From: an uncultured Aminicenantes bacterium
Lineage (GTDB): Bacteria; Acidobacteriota; Aminicenantia; UBA2199
Direction: 5' to 3'
DNA length: 64,000 bases
NCBI GenBank assembly: GCA_965195285.1
Contig: CBDAFS010000014.1
Span: 32,716-96,715, forward strand
Positions 45,653-60,859 of this stretch are shown here, one piece after another. The notes below the pieces were generated by a model that was given only the letters and a program-made list of their open reading frames with translations, was not told the DNA's origin and searched no databases. The first letter of the stretch is position 1. Every line of letters begins with the position of its first letter. A program made the translations under genes and the position numbers.

Positions 45653-47734
45653 TTACTCCGAATCATTGTGCCTCCGGTGATACAGTTTATAATAGAAGTA
45701 ATTCCGATAAATATTTTTTACATAGGTTCGAGTGGCGGTAATGGGAATCATCTCGATGAACTCATCATCCGGGGCATGGCCAAACCGTTCAATCCACCTG
45801 TCCACCCTGGAATCTCCGGCATTGTATGCGGCCAGGGCCAAATGTGTTTTTCCCTGGTATTTATTGATGAGGTGTTTTAAATATTTGGTTCCGAGTCGAA
45901 TATTGGTTTCAGGCTGGAACAGGTCTCGTCTTTGAATTTTTTTATTGGCCACCTCCCTGGCGGTTCCTAACAGGATTTGCATGAGGCCATAAGCCCGGGC
46001 TGTAGAAACCGCATCGGTTTTGAAAAAACTTTCCTCTCTGATCAGAGACAGTATTAAATAAGGATCAAGATCGTTTTGTTGACTGTACCTTTTAATTAAG
46101 CTTTCAAAGCGCACTGGAAGGTAAATTTCACTCAGGAATGTGGGCAGTTGAATGCACTGGTAGCACTCGAAATTATCTTTGAATTTTTTAAAGGCCTGAT
46201 AGTAATTATTCTGTTTTAAATGGATAATGGATTCGATAATCATGATGACATTCATATCCGATCGGGAAAGACTGTTTTCATTTTTGACCAGTTGAATCAA
46301 TTGTAGACTCTCATCAACCAAATGGTTCCTGATCAAGTATTTTAATCCCCTGATAATATCCATGAGTATTGGATTCTGGTTCTGGTTGACCAGTTGGATA
46401 AAATTATTCAAACTGATGTGGGTCATACGGTGTTGTTTAAGATCGACCAATTTGGTGAAGTAATAGGAGAATGGATATTCTTCAATACCAACGGTGGCTG
46501 TATTTTCCATCTGGGAAATCCAGTATGAATTGGCCACTTTGTAGGGAACGATCGGTGAATTTTTTCCAAGGTTGAAATATTTCAGTGCTTCTTTTTTCTG
46601 ATTTTTTTTCAACCTGATCCAGGCAGAAATCCACAATGCTTTCCAAAAGTCGGGATTATTAGTTTCCAGGTTTGATATGATAAATTGATTGTACAATTTC
46701 AGGGCAAATTGGGATTTCTCCTTCATCAGCATTATATTGGCGGCATTAAACAGGAGATTGGCATATATCTGCTTGTGGTCCTTCAGTTCATTGATATGTT
46801 GAATGATTTCATCGAAATTGCTCTGGGCGGTTCTCAGGTTTATTTTTAAGAGCAATCTTTTTTTATGAGCCAATAAATCTTTTCTTTTTACTCTGTTTAA
46901 AAGGTTTTTTGCGTTTTCAAATCTGCGCTTTCGGTAATGGTACTCCGCAGAAAAAAGGCTTATGAGCTGGGAAGATTTTACGTATTTTTTTTCAAGAAAA
47001 ATTTCCCGAAAGGCATTTATCTTGGCCAGATAAGTGAATTTTTCAACCCAGAATCCATGATCCAGTTTATTGATCAGCATCCTCAATGCCGGGCGACTTA
47101 TTTTATCCTTAAATACTGAAAGTTTATTCTGGTTGAACAGGGTTTTAAATAACTCAAAAGCCTGGTCACGGTTTCCGGTTTTCAACAAACTGTCCAGATA
47201 CTGAATTTTCGTGCCGGTATCATCGAGGGAATGGGTGTCGAACCGCTTGATGAAACCCCGGTAATTTTTCGCGGCATACAGATATTGTAGTAACAATTTG
47301 TTGCGCTGACGGTTGAGAAACGGGTAGGGACCGTCTGGGTGTTGCACTATTGTTTTGAATTCTCCGAACTTTTTTGCATTCAGTAGTTGTTCACCGTATT
47401 TGAGTTTAAGAAAATCAATCAGTATTTTCGATTGAGAGGGCCGGGCATCTTTCATTTTATCATGAAGGATTTCAATGGTGGTTAAAGGGTGGAGCGTTGG
47501 CTTCTGGTCTGAGTGATCGGTGGATTTTTGGTTAAGAAAAAAGGATAACAACCGGTAGTTTTTCAACCAGTAACGCTGGGTTTCCGGCGAATCCGGAGAA
47601 ATTGAATTCTCCGGTTTTTCCTGGACCAGGTTAATGAGATGACAGATCGAAAAGGCTGAAAAGATGGAGAATAACAGAATCAGTTCACAAAATATTATAT
47701 ATTGGAATAATAATGGCTGTTTACATGGTTTCAA
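45653..47734 (-). CDS. soluble lytic murein transglycosylase (Slt70-like)
   Basis: IREES, AYGLMQ, NIRLGTKYL, AAYNAG, IPITATRTYV; helical N-region. Confidence 0.88.
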   Translation of the reverse strand: MKPCKQPLLFQYIIFCELILLFSIFSAFSICHLINLVQEKPENSISPDSPETQRYWLKNYRLLSFFLNQKSTDHSDQKPTLHPLTTIEILHDKMKDARPSQSKILIDFLKLKYGEQLLNAKKFGEFKTIVQHPDGPYPFLNRQRNKLLLQYLYAAKNYRGFIKRFDTHSLDDTGTKIQYLDSLLKTGNRDQAFELFKTLFNQNKLSVFKDKISRPALRMLINKLDHGFWVEKFTYLAKINAFREIFLEKKYVKSSQLISLFSAEYHYRKRRFENAKNLLNRVKRKDLLAHKKRLLLKINLRTAQSNFDEIIQHINELKDHKQIYANLLFNAANIMLMKEKSQFALKLYNQFIISNLETNNPDFWKALWISAWIRLKKNQKKEALKYFNLGKNSPIVPYKVANSYWISQMENTATVGIEEYPFSYYFTKLVDLKQHRMTHISLNNFIQLVNQNQNPILMDIIRGLKYLIRNHLVDESLQLIQLVKNENSLSRSDMNVIMIIESIIHLKQNNYYQAFKKFKDNFECYQCIQLPTFLSEIYLPVRFESLIKRYSQQNDLDPYLILSLIREESFFKTDAVSTARAYGLMQILLGTAREVANKKIQRRDLFQPETNIRLGTKYLKHLINKYQGKTHLALAAYNAGDSRVDRWIERFGHAPDDEFIEMIPITATRTYVKNIYRNYFYYKLYHRRHNDSE

Positions 47735-48755
47735 ATTTATAGCCTCTTAACAGCTCTTTGTCACCCTTTCCCAAAATTTGAATTAGATTATTTTCAAAAA
47801 AAGATAAATTGCTGAATTTTCTAAGGTATTCTTCCTTGGCCTGAAGTATGGTATTTTCAAGCACATTGTAAAGGTTTCTGTTTTGTATTCCTTCATCAAC
47901 TACATTTTTGTTGTACAGAATGATATCGTTGATAATCACCCGGGCTTTTCGATCCGGGTCGTTTTCAGAAATAGAATGAGCAGTCTCTTCATGAATATTA
48001 ATGTCATCGGCTTTTTCAGAAACAAAGGTTTCTTCCTCTTCTTCGTATTCCTTGGTCTGCACCCGGGCAAAGACTTTTTGTTTGATGGGAAGGAGATCCA
48101 GGCTCATTTCACTCACTATCGATAATATTTCAATTTCTTTTTCATTTATTGGTTGATTATCAGAAGCATCGGTATAAATAACCGCCTGGGGTTTCCCTTT
48201 CACAAAAAATGGTACCACAAATATTTTATCCGGATAGCTTCCCCCGAATCTATTGTAAATTAAATGATCGTCAGCTTGAGACAGTGGTTTGCCGGAATAG
48301 ATTCTTTTCTTCTCAATGGTCTGCTTTAAAATGGTGTTGGCGGACAAAGAGAAAAAAATTTTTTTTATATCATTATTTTTTATTTCTCCATCTTTTTGAG
48401 TAAAACCAATGCCATTCCAACCAATCAGCTTATCATCTTTGATTAAAAACAGTGCAGCCCGGTTGCAGAAATTTTTCAGGCCATCCATCAGATTTGAAAT
48501 CAAACCCTTCTGTTCTTCGGAGTGAGAGATTTTTTTTATAAATTCATACAGGATTTCAATGTGTTTGCCGGTTCCCGAAGCTTCATTCATGTTCATTTCA
48601 CTGGGTATTGAGTAATTTGTGAATTCATCCAGCTGCTTGAAGTCATCCAGTTGAGTAATGAGGCTGTTTTTGAATGAATCGATTTTGTCGAGAATCTGAT
48701 TTTTTTTTTCATTTAAAATCTCTTCGATTACCTTCTTCAAATTTTCATTGGACAT
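47721..48755 (-). CDS. GAF-like domain protein with RomX-like C-terminal domain
   Basis: RAALFLIK..LIGW, VVPFFVKGKPQAVIYTD; C-terminus RKARVIINDIILYN..V.EGI. Confidence 0.6.
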   Translation of the reverse strand: MSNENLKKVIEEILNEKKNQILDKIDSFKNSLITQLDDFKQLDEFTNYSIPSEMNMNEASGTGKHIEILYEFIKKISHSEEQKGLISNLMDGLKNFCNRAALFLIKDDKLIGWNGIGFTQKDGEIKNNDIKKIFFSLSANTILKQTIEKKRIYSGKPLSQADDHLIYNRFGGSYPDKIFVVPFFVKGKPQAVIYTDASDNQPINEKEIEILSIVSEMSLDLLPIKQKVFARVQTKEYEEEEETFVSEKADDINIHEETAHSISENDPDRKARVIINDIILYNKNVVDEGIQNRNLYNVLENTILQAKEEYLRKFSNLSFFENNLIQILGKGDKELLRGYKFETM

Positions 48756-48806
48756 TTTTAACCTCCCAATGATTATTTTTATAGTCCTATTTTTTTATCA
48801 CTTTCA

Positions 48807-49544
48807 TTATACCCCTGTCTCCAGTCTACTTGCAAGTATTTCGGGTAGTCCCAATGCCCGTATTTTTTTTTGGGTACATTTGACATCATAGATAAATCTC
48901 TGAAAGGTGATTTCTTTTTTCTGGGAATCAAAAACAATAAAACTCGGATTTGGGTTCTTATCTCGTGGCTGTCCGATGGCTCCGGGGTTGATCAAATATT
49001 TGGTGTTGGGATCCAGTTTTATTTTGGTGTTGAAAGTCAGGGGTACGGTATCGATTCGTTCATTTCTGAGTAAATACATAATGGGGAAATGGGTGTGTCC
49101 AAAGAAGCCAATGGACGTGTCCATGAATTTAAATGATTCGGCTGCCTCGAATATTGAAAATATGTAGTAGTCTTCATCAAAAGTAGATCCGTGGCTCAGG
49201 GTGATAAAATGGTCCACCAGCAATGGTCCCTTTATCAGATTCTTCAGGAATTCCTGATTCTGATCGTTCAACTGTACTTTGCTCCATTCAGCAGAAAAGG
49301 AAGCCACCGGGTTAAAAAGCGATGAAGACTCCAGGTCTGCTATCACCTTGTCATGGTTTCCGCGGATGCAATGAAGGGGTTTCAGTTCCCTAAAAAGATC
49401 AATCACCTCATTGGGATTGGGACCATATCCCACCAGGTCACCTAGAAAAATGAATGCATCCGCATTTTTCGCTTTTTTTGTGGCCAGCAATTTTTCAAGA
49501 GCTTCCAGATTGCTGTGAATATCGCTGAAGACCAGGTATCTCAT
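48807..49544 (-). CDS. metallophosphoesterase (calcineurin-like)
   Basis: SDIHSN, GDLVGYG, RGNHD, HGS, GHTH, INPG. Confidence 0.92.
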   Translation of the reverse strand: MRYLVFSDIHSNLEALEKLLATKKAKNADAFIFLGDLVGYGPNPNEVIDLFRELKPLHCIRGNHDKVIADLESSSLFNPVASFSAEWSKVQLNDQNQEFLKNLIKGPLLVDHFITLSHGSTFDEDYYIFSIFEAAESFKFMDTSIGFFGHTHFPIMYLLRNERIDTVPLTFNTKIKLDPNTKYLINPGAIGQPRDKNPNPSFIVFDSQKKEITFQRFIYDVKCTQKKIRALGLPEILASRLETGV

Positions 49545-50488
49545 TTTCGTGTACTTTTAAATGAATGTCTCTGTTTTTTTTCTTTCAGGCTGGTGGAACG
49601 GGAAGCCATATAATTCCCGTACATCAAACCGGCATTAAAAGAACTTCTGACAAATGGACCGGACTCGACTGCATCAAATCCTTTACTCAAAGCAATTTTT
49701 TTAAGCTTTTTGAACGTTTCAGGGGAATAAAATTTCTTGACCGGCAGATTTTTCTGAGTGGGTTTTAAATACTGCCCAATGGTCAGGAAGTTGACCTGGA
49801 TGCTTCTGAGATCATCAAATAGTTCAATGATTTCATCGATGGTCTCGCCCAGACCTACCATTATTCCCGATTTGGTGATGAATCCCTTTTCTTTAGCAAA
49901 ACCGAGAAGTTTCAAAGAGAGGGAATAATTTTTGGGATCCCGGTTGATAATCGGATACATGGATTTGATGGTTTCAAGATTATGATTCAACACATCGGGT
50001 TGGGCCCGGAGAGCCTTGAGGATATGGTTTTTATTGCCTTTGAAATCCGGAATCAGGATTTCAATTTTTAAATCCGGAAAGTTCAGTTTCAGTTCCTTTA
50101 TGGTCCGGGCATAGTGGGAGCTTCCTCCATCATCCAGATCGTCACGCGTAACGGAGGTAATTACCAGATATCGCAATTGCATAAGCCTCACCATATCCAC
50201 AATATTCCGGGGTTCCGCTTCGTCAATGGGTTCCGGGCTGCCGTGATTGACCGAACAAAAACCACAATTTCGGGTACAAATATCTCCCATGATTAATAGT
50301 GTAGCATGATTTTGGTTCCAACACTGGTTAATATTGGGGCATCTTGCACTCTGACAGATGGTTGAAAGTCCCCTCTGGAGCAAATTTTTCTTCAGTTTGA
50401 AATAATTTTTCCCCGAGGGTATTTTGGTTTTAAGCCAGTGCGGTTTGGGCTTCTGCTTGTTTACCGGCTCTATGATGTTTTCTAGGAT
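49541..50488 (-). CDS. lipA: lipoyl synthase (5' end uncertain)
   Basis: CQSARCPNINQC, CTRNCGFC, NHNLET, GQYL, VRSSF; the frame extends upstream of TTG 50383 through KPKPHWLK. Confidence 0.9.
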   Translation of the reverse strand: MLENIIEPVNKQKPKPHWLKTKIPSGKNYFKLKKNLLQRGLSTICQSARCPNINQCWNQNHATLLIMGDICTRNCGFCSVNHGSPEPIDEAEPRNIVDMVRLMQLRYLVITSVTRDDLDDGGSSHYARTIKELKLNFPDLKIEILIPDFKGNKNHILKALRAQPDVLNHNLETIKSMYPIINRDPKNYSLSLKLLGFAKEKGFITKSGIMVGLGETIDEIIELFDDLRSIQVNFLTIGQYLKPTQKNLPVKKFYSPETFKKLKKIALSKGFDAVESGPFVRSSFNAGLMYGNYMASRSTSLKEKKQRHSFKSTRK

Positions 50489-50512
50489 CTTACATCTCTC
50501 TGATTCACTTTC

Positions 50513-51697
50513 TCATTTTATCAAATAAATTTCTTTTTGGGGATCAGACAGCCATTCGGATCCCTCAGGGGTTATTATAACCATTTCTTCTATGGTGACA
50601 ACCCCGTGCTTTTCCAGGTAAAGTCTCGGTTCAATGGTAAAGACCTGTCCGGCCTCAAGGGGGATAAATGGCAATTTCCCGTATCGTTCCCAGTCAGGGG
50701 CCAGTAATGCACCTCCGTCATGGGAGGATCTTCCGACCTGATGGCCCAGGGCATGCGGATATTCATCATACCCCTTGGAGGTAATGTATTCTCTGGCAAT
50801 TCGATCGATTTCAATACCCTGAACTCCGGGTTTCAAGGCCTCAAAGGCTCGCCTGATGCTCTCTACAATGGTGACAAAACCCTGGATGACTGCCGGTGGG
50901 GGATATTGCTGGTTCTCTTCAAGTATATACCAGGTTCTTTGCAGATCAGAACAGTATTGTTCATATATGACTCCAAAATCAATGTTGAATACATGGCCCC
51001 TTTCCAGCCGTTTATTCGTGGGTCCTGAATGAGCTCCGGATTCCTGAGGTCCGGTGAATACCGATGGACACTGCTCTGCTTCCCAGGAAGGCTGTAATCC
51101 AAAATTTTCTCTTTCCTGGCTGATAAACGCGGCCACCTGTTTTTCGGAAAACCCGGGTTTGATATGAGTGGAGATTTTATCATATATGTCTAAGGTGACT
51201 TCAATGGCTTTTTTGATCCGGGAGATTTCTTCTTTTGATTTCCGTCCCCTCAGTTTTGATATGAGTGTTTCGGAACTGATGAACCGTTTTTCAAAACCGG
51301 AATCTTTTAATAATCCCATCAGGCTCAGATATTTTCCATAGGTCAGGCCATCGGCTGTAGGCGAATCACTGGAATAGTTCAGGGCGATCTGCCGGGGGTT
51401 GTGTTTTTTCAGAATTCCGAGTAAATCTTCACGAGGAGAATTCTTGTATGGATAGACCGCATCAAATATGTTCATTCGGTCGATTTTTTCTTTGTCCAGG
51501 TTTCCCAGAATGGCGTATTTCTCCCCGCTTTTGAAAAACAGTAAAAAGGATAACCAGACCAGGCCGGTTCCCAGAACAAAATCCATAACCGGGTCGCTCA
51601 AGATTTCTGATTCTTTTTCCACTATCATCCAGCAATCGATATCCAGCTCGTTCAAAAGTTTCAAGGTCTGGGTGATTTTTTCCTGTTGCATGATCAT
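50513..51697 (-). CDS. Xaa-Pro aminopeptidase (M24)
   Basis: IDFG, YCSDLQRT, HALGHQVG..HD, TIEP, IEE. Confidence 0.9.
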   Translation of the reverse strand: MIMQQEKITQTLKLLNELDIDCWMIVEKESEILSDPVMDFVLGTGLVWLSFLLFFKSGEKYAILGNLDKEKIDRMNIFDAVYPYKNSPREDLLGILKKHNPRQIALNYSSDSPTADGLTYGKYLSLMGLLKDSGFEKRFISSETLISKLRGRKSKEEISRIKKAIEVTLDIYDKISTHIKPGFSEKQVAAFISQERENFGLQPSWEAEQCPSVFTGPQESGAHSGPTNKRLERGHVFNIDFGVIYEQYCSDLQRTWYILEENQQYPPPAVIQGFVTIVESIRRAFEALKPGVQGIEIDRIAREYITSKGYDEYPHALGHQVGRSSHDGGALLAPDWERYGKLPFIPLEAGQVFTIEPRLYLEKHGVVTIEEMVIITPEGSEWLSDPQKEIYLIK

Positions 51698-51703
51698 TTC
51701 TCC

Positions 51704-53629
51704 TTAATATCTGGACATGACATAATCCCTTATTTCCCCGAACAATTTCTGATTGAATTTTATTTTTGCGTTTTCCTTTTTTTTCATGACATAGGTTCCG
51801 AAATAATTGTTTTTGAGCTCTTCGATCTGGGTTTGGTAAAATGAAGTTTTGTCATTTTCAAATTCATTTTTATCAACGATTTTTTTGGTTTTCAATTTGA
51901 TAATGGCAATCTCGGAATCATATTGAATGGGCAGGGCGTATTGATTTTCCTCTAAGGAAAAAATAATGTCATCCAGGCCTTTTTTAACGGGTAAATGGGA
52001 CAATTTGTTGCTCCGTTTATAGGTTAGGTTGTCCGCATTCAGATTTTTCTTTTTCAGGAACCGGGAAATGGTTTTTTCATTTTGCAGTGTGTTGAGTTCG
52101 GTGATAAGTTTGATGGCATCCTGCATCAGTAAATTCATCTTTCGGTCATTGACATAGGCATCTATAGCGTTGGTTTTGATATTTTCAAAAGCCTCGATGC
52201 CGGGTTCTATAATTGCTGACAACTGAACAATGGCCATGCCCTGTCTCAATTCAACCGGAAATCCAATTTCTCCTTTTCGGAGGGTGAAAAATTTTTTGGA
52301 AACATTTCCTGTTTCATCTATGTCTTTCAGGATTTCTCCACTGGCCAGTAATCCGGTTTCCTCATATTTAAATCCCATTTCCTGGGCCTGATCTTTCAGG
52401 CTTTTTTTGGGATTGAGTTTCCGGTGTATCTTGTCCAATTTTTCTCTAACCAGGTTGTGGGTTTTATCCCTTTCCAGAACATCCTTTATTCGGGTTTTTA
52501 CGGTTTCAAAGGGTTGCTGTTGCTGGGCAATTTTTTCACTGATAAAGATAATGGAGAATCCCTGCTGGGTATCAATCGGAGTTGATATTTGATTTTCGCT
52601 CATTTTCTTAATGAATTCTCGCTCCTGATTGGAAAAATCCTTCCATTCCCAATATCCCCAGTCACCACCGGCCGTGGCTTTATCATCCTGAGAAAGTTCC
52701 CGGGCGTTCTGGGCAAAATTACCCGGGCTCAGAACGGAATTCAGATCTTCGGCTTTTTTCAGTATTTCTGGCCTATTTTCATTGCTGTATTTTAAGAACA
52801 ACCTTGAAACCTTGGTTTTCTCCGGGGTGACGAACATTTTTTTATTGGCCTTGAAATAATCGTAAAGTTCCTGGTTGGATATTTCAATTTCCTTTTTATG
52901 GTCATCGTATTTATAGAGTATAATCTGACCCGATCTTTTTTCCGGGCTTTTAAAATCATCTTTGTTTTTCTGGTAATAAGCTTTGACCTCACTTTCGACA
53001 GGTTGTATGTTCTGCTTGATCCGGTCCGGCTTAAGGATCACATAATCGATATCGGCGCTATCCTTATCCTGACGATATGATTTCCACAGGGAAAGGTCAT
53101 CGAGAACCAGTCCGCTGGAAATCAGTTCTTTAAACTTCTCCATCACGATTTCTTTTTTCAATTCCCCTTCGTATTCTGAAATATTGATTCTTCTGTAGGT
53201 CAGAAATCTTTGGTATTCCTTCACCCCGATAAACTTCCCGTCCCTTTGAAAACCGGGGAGATGGATGATTTTATTGGTTAATTCCTGGTCTGAGGTTCGG
53301 ATATTCAGCTTTTCAGCTTCCTGATAGATGATTGTTTTATTGACCAGGGTCTGTAAGATTTGTTCCGGGATTTGCAATTGTTTGATGATGGATACATTGA
53401 AATTATCCTTTAATTGCATTTTGTAACTTTCCAGAATTTGAACCAGGTTCTTGGAAAACTCATCTCCATTTATGGTTTCACCATTGATAGAGAGTAAATC
53501 CGATTCCCCACCAAAAGTATCCAGTTTCCCGGCTCCCCACTCCACGAATATGAATCCAACAAAAGCCAGAATGACCAGCCAAAGTGTCCATGACAGTGAT
53601 TTGAGATTTTTTCTCATTGAACTCAGCAT
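51704..53629 (-). CDS. ppiD: PpiD-like membrane-anchored SurA/parvulin chaperone
   Basis: MLSSMRK..N-terminal TM; SurA-N (FQRDGKF); LSQDDKATAGGDWG. Confidence 0.8.
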   Translation of the reverse strand: MLSSMRKNLKSLSWTLWLVILAFVGFIFVEWGAGKLDTFGGESDLLSINGETINGDEFSKNLVQILESYKMQLKDNFNVSIIKQLQIPEQILQTLVNKTIIYQEAEKLNIRTSDQELTNKIIHLPGFQRDGKFIGVKEYQRFLTYRRINISEYEGELKKEIVMEKFKELISSGLVLDDLSLWKSYRQDKDSADIDYVILKPDRIKQNIQPVESEVKAYYQKNKDDFKSPEKRSGQIILYKYDDHKKEIEISNQELYDYFKANKKMFVTPEKTKVSRLFLKYSNENRPEILKKAEDLNSVLSPGNFAQNARELSQDDKATAGGDWGYWEWKDFSNQEREFIKKMSENQISTPIDTQQGFSIIFISEKIAQQQQPFETVKTRIKDVLERDKTHNLVREKLDKIHRKLNPKKSLKDQAQEMGFKYEETGLLASGEILKDIDETGNVSKKFFTLRKGEIGFPVELRQGMAIVQLSAIIEPGIEAFENIKTNAIDAYVNDRKMNLLMQDAIKLITELNTLQNEKTISRFLKKKNLNADNLTYKRSNKLSHLPVKKGLDDIIFSLEENQYALPIQYDSEIAIIKLKTKKIVDKNEFENDKTSFYQTQIEELKNNYFGTYVMKKKENAKIKFNQKLFGEIRDYVMSRY

Positions 53630-53674
53630 TTTTCATCCTCCATATGCATTCAGTTATATGTTCAACCCGCTTTT

Positions 53675-55222
53675 TTAACCATTTTGGTTATTTTTTTCGG
53701 GATTGGCTCTATTTAAAGGTAAAAGCACGGTTACGGTTGCTCCTTCATCATTGTTATTGATGACTATATCACCTTTTTGCTCCTGGATCAGATTGTAGGA
53801 GATTGAAAGCCCGATTCCTTTTTTCAGGGTTCTGTCTTTGGTGGTGTAAAAAGGATCGAAAGCCTTGTCAATATTCTCGAATCCGCCTCCATTATCAATG
53901 ACTTCGATTATGACCCGGGTATTATCGATAGATCTTCTAAGCTTTATGATAATGCGGCCATTATTCAGGTTCCGATTCAGGATGGCTTCAATTGAATTTT
54001 CAATGATGCTTTCGAAAACCTGCCAAAGGGAAAAATGATTTCCCACGATGATGATGTCCTCATTGCCAAACTCTTTTTGAAAGTGAACCCCCTGGTTCTC
54101 TTTTTTGGTGCTCAGGATTTTGATAAGTTTATCCAGCAGATTGGGCAGATTGATCTCCAGTTTGGTCTGGTTGGATGCCGGGTTGAGCTGGTTCAGTTCA
54201 TTGATGATATCTCTGATGCGGTTGCTCTGAAATTTGATTTCTGCCAGTTTCTTTTTGACATAGGGTGATACATCGTTTCTCAGTTCCATCAGGTCAATAT
54301 AACCCAGAATTCCGGTAAGCGGGTTATTGATTTCGTGGGCAAATCCGGATACGATGGCGGTTAATGATTTTTGTTTTTCGGTTTGAATGATCTGGTTCTG
54401 GGTCTTTCTCAATTCTTCCATTGCTTTTTGTAACTTATTATTGGTGATGTACAGGGTTTTGGTTCTTTCCCGAATTTGATTTTCAAGGTCTTTCTGGATG
54501 TTTTCATGTTCAATGCTTATGGTTTCCAGCTTTGTGCACATTTCATTGAATTTATCAGCCAAAAATGAAAACTCATCTTTGGTAGTGATCTTGATTCGAT
54601 ATTTTAAATCGCCTTGACTCACCACTTCCAGTCCCTTCTTGAGTTCATTAAACGGATTCATGGCGCGCTTGACGATCAGGTGCAGGAAAATCTCGAAAAT
54701 AATGAAGAGTAAAATGGATAGAAATATGAAATATTTTCTGATTTTGGAAATCAAATTAATTTTTCCCTCCAAAGAGTGACCGTATAAAATATATCCCCAG
54801 GTGGTAGTGGAATTTTGCACTTTGACCGGAATGGAGATCAGATGGTAAGGAGTATTATTGATTTTTATGGACAGGATTTTTATATCATCTTTAATCTGTA
54901 TCTGTTTTTTGTTGGGGTAAGGAATACCCTGGTGAATAATTTCCTTTTTGCTGGTATTATAAAGGATAATAAAATCCTTCTGCTTTTCCCGCAGAATTTC
55001 TTTGGTCTGGGATAGAAGATTTATATGATTATAGTAAACAAAATTCGGCTCCATCAATGATTCGAAATCTTTTATCATTCGGATTGCGATTTGGGTTTGG
55101 TTGTCGTTGATGAAAAAACCGATAAATTGCAGTATGATAATATTGGATATGAATAATATAATTAGAAGCAATATGGCCGGGTATATTTGAAATTTGGTTC
55201 TGATTGAATTAATGATAAGCAT
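53675..55222 (-). CDS. membrane HAMP-domain sensor histidine kinase (orphan)
   Basis: Two TMs, HAMP (DEFSFLADKFNEM), FAHEINNPL, DNGGG, FDPFYTTK, GIGLS. Confidence 0.92.
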   Translation of the reverse strand: MLIINSIRTKFQIYPAILLLIILFISNIIILQFIGFFINDNQTQIAIRMIKDFESLMEPNFVYYNHINLLSQTKEILREKQKDFIILYNTSKKEIIHQGIPYPNKKQIQIKDDIKILSIKINNTPYHLISIPVKVQNSTTTWGYILYGHSLEGKINLISKIRKYFIFLSILLFIIFEIFLHLIVKRAMNPFNELKKGLEVVSQGDLKYRIKITTKDEFSFLADKFNEMCTKLETISIEHENIQKDLENQIRERTKTLYITNNKLQKAMEELRKTQNQIIQTEKQKSLTAIVSGFAHEINNPLTGILGYIDLMELRNDVSPYVKKKLAEIKFQSNRIRDIINELNQLNPASNQTKLEINLPNLLDKLIKILSTKKENQGVHFQKEFGNEDIIIVGNHFSLWQVFESIIENSIEAILNRNLNNGRIIIKLRRSIDNTRVIIEVIDNGGGFENIDKAFDPFYTTKDRTLKKGIGLSISYNLIQEQKGDIVINNNDEGATVTVLLPLNRANPEKNNQNG

Positions 55223-55382
55223 CTTTTTTTTTAATAGATTCTATTATAAAACCATTTAAATATCAAGTTATGGTTCTGCCACCTTTTTTTGCTAACCGGG
55301 TCGAGACATACAGGGAAAAACGATCAGGTTGAAAATTATTACATTTTATATTATTCTTTTTATAGAAAAAAATTTTTTGTTG

Positions 55383-55410
55383 TTGACAAAACTGCAAAAG
55401 GGTGTATAAT
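55383..55410 (+). promoter_or_regulatory. rRNA operon promoter
   Basis: TTGACA-16nt-TATAAT with A/T-tract UP element; boxA-like GATCTTTGAAA at 55443. Confidence 0.85.
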
Positions 55411-55557
55411 CACCTTGTTTTTTCTTCGGTGAAGAAAATTAGGATCTTTGAAATCTGAGCAGAGTTAATTCTTGAGTAAAGCCAATTAGATTTATTGTTC
55501 AAACTTTCAAATTGATTTTGGGAATTACGATCCTTCGGGATTGTATTTTTCGAATAC

Positions 55558-57117
<1,560 letters not shown>

Positions 57118-57207
57118 TAACGAGAAAAAACGGCGTTACTCAAAAACGCTTGTCTGCTTTGGCAGATAAGCGTCTCTCTGCTCAGATTTGAGAGATTCTT
57201 GCTTTGA

Positions 57208-57281
<74 letters not shown>

Positions 57282-57310
57282 CTTATTATCAGGTAAGGCC
57301 TTGGTAAAAC

Positions 57311-57383
57311 GGGGAATTAGCTCAGTTGGGAGAGCGTCGGTTTTGCACGCCGAAGGTCACCGGTTCGAGCCCGGTATTCTCCA
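57311..57383 (+). tRNA. tRNA-Ala(TGC), CCA not encoded
   Basis: GGGGAAT...TTTGCAC...GTTCGAG...ATTCTCCA; G3:U70 pair. Confidence 0.97.
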
Positions 57384-57495
57384 GGTAAAAAACTGCTAAT
57401 TTATGTTGTAAATAAATTATAAATTGTTCTTTGACTTTTTTATTGGTGTTACTGTATTAGATTTGTCGGGTATGTAAAGTTTTTTAAACTTATTT

Positions 57496-60490
<2,995 letters not shown>

Positions 60491-60555
60491 TAAAGTTTAT
60501 ATAACTTTACTCCCGACAGATCTAATAGAGTAACACCGATAAAAAAAGCGCAATA

Positions 60556-60673
60556 TTCCCGGTGACCATAACAAAGAGGCCACACCCGGCTCCATTCCGA
60601 ACCCGGAAGTTAAGCTCTTTTGTGCCGATGATACTGCTCTGGAAACGGAGTGGGAAAGTAGGTCGTCACCGGG
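60556..60673 (+). rRNA. rrf: 5S rRNA
   Basis: CCCGGTGAC...CCATTCCGAACCCGGAAGTTAAG...GTCACCGGG. Confidence 0.97.
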
Positions 60674-60759
60674 TTTTTTTTCAACCACAAATCAGTTTTT
60701 TTATCCCATTTAAATTCCCAATTTTCCTAAACCGATTACTCCGAAATAATTCCAGAGCA

Positions 60760-60788
60760 TTGACGATAAGACTGTTTTGTGGTATATA
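60760..60788 (+). promoter_or_regulatory. str operon promoter
   Basis: TTGACG-17nt-TATATA with TG extension. Confidence 0.65.
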
Positions 60789-60859
60789 AAAGCATTAGTT
60801 GGATTTTTTTTCAATTTTCCCATTTTAAAAAAATCTGAAAATATTTTAAGGAGGTTTTT

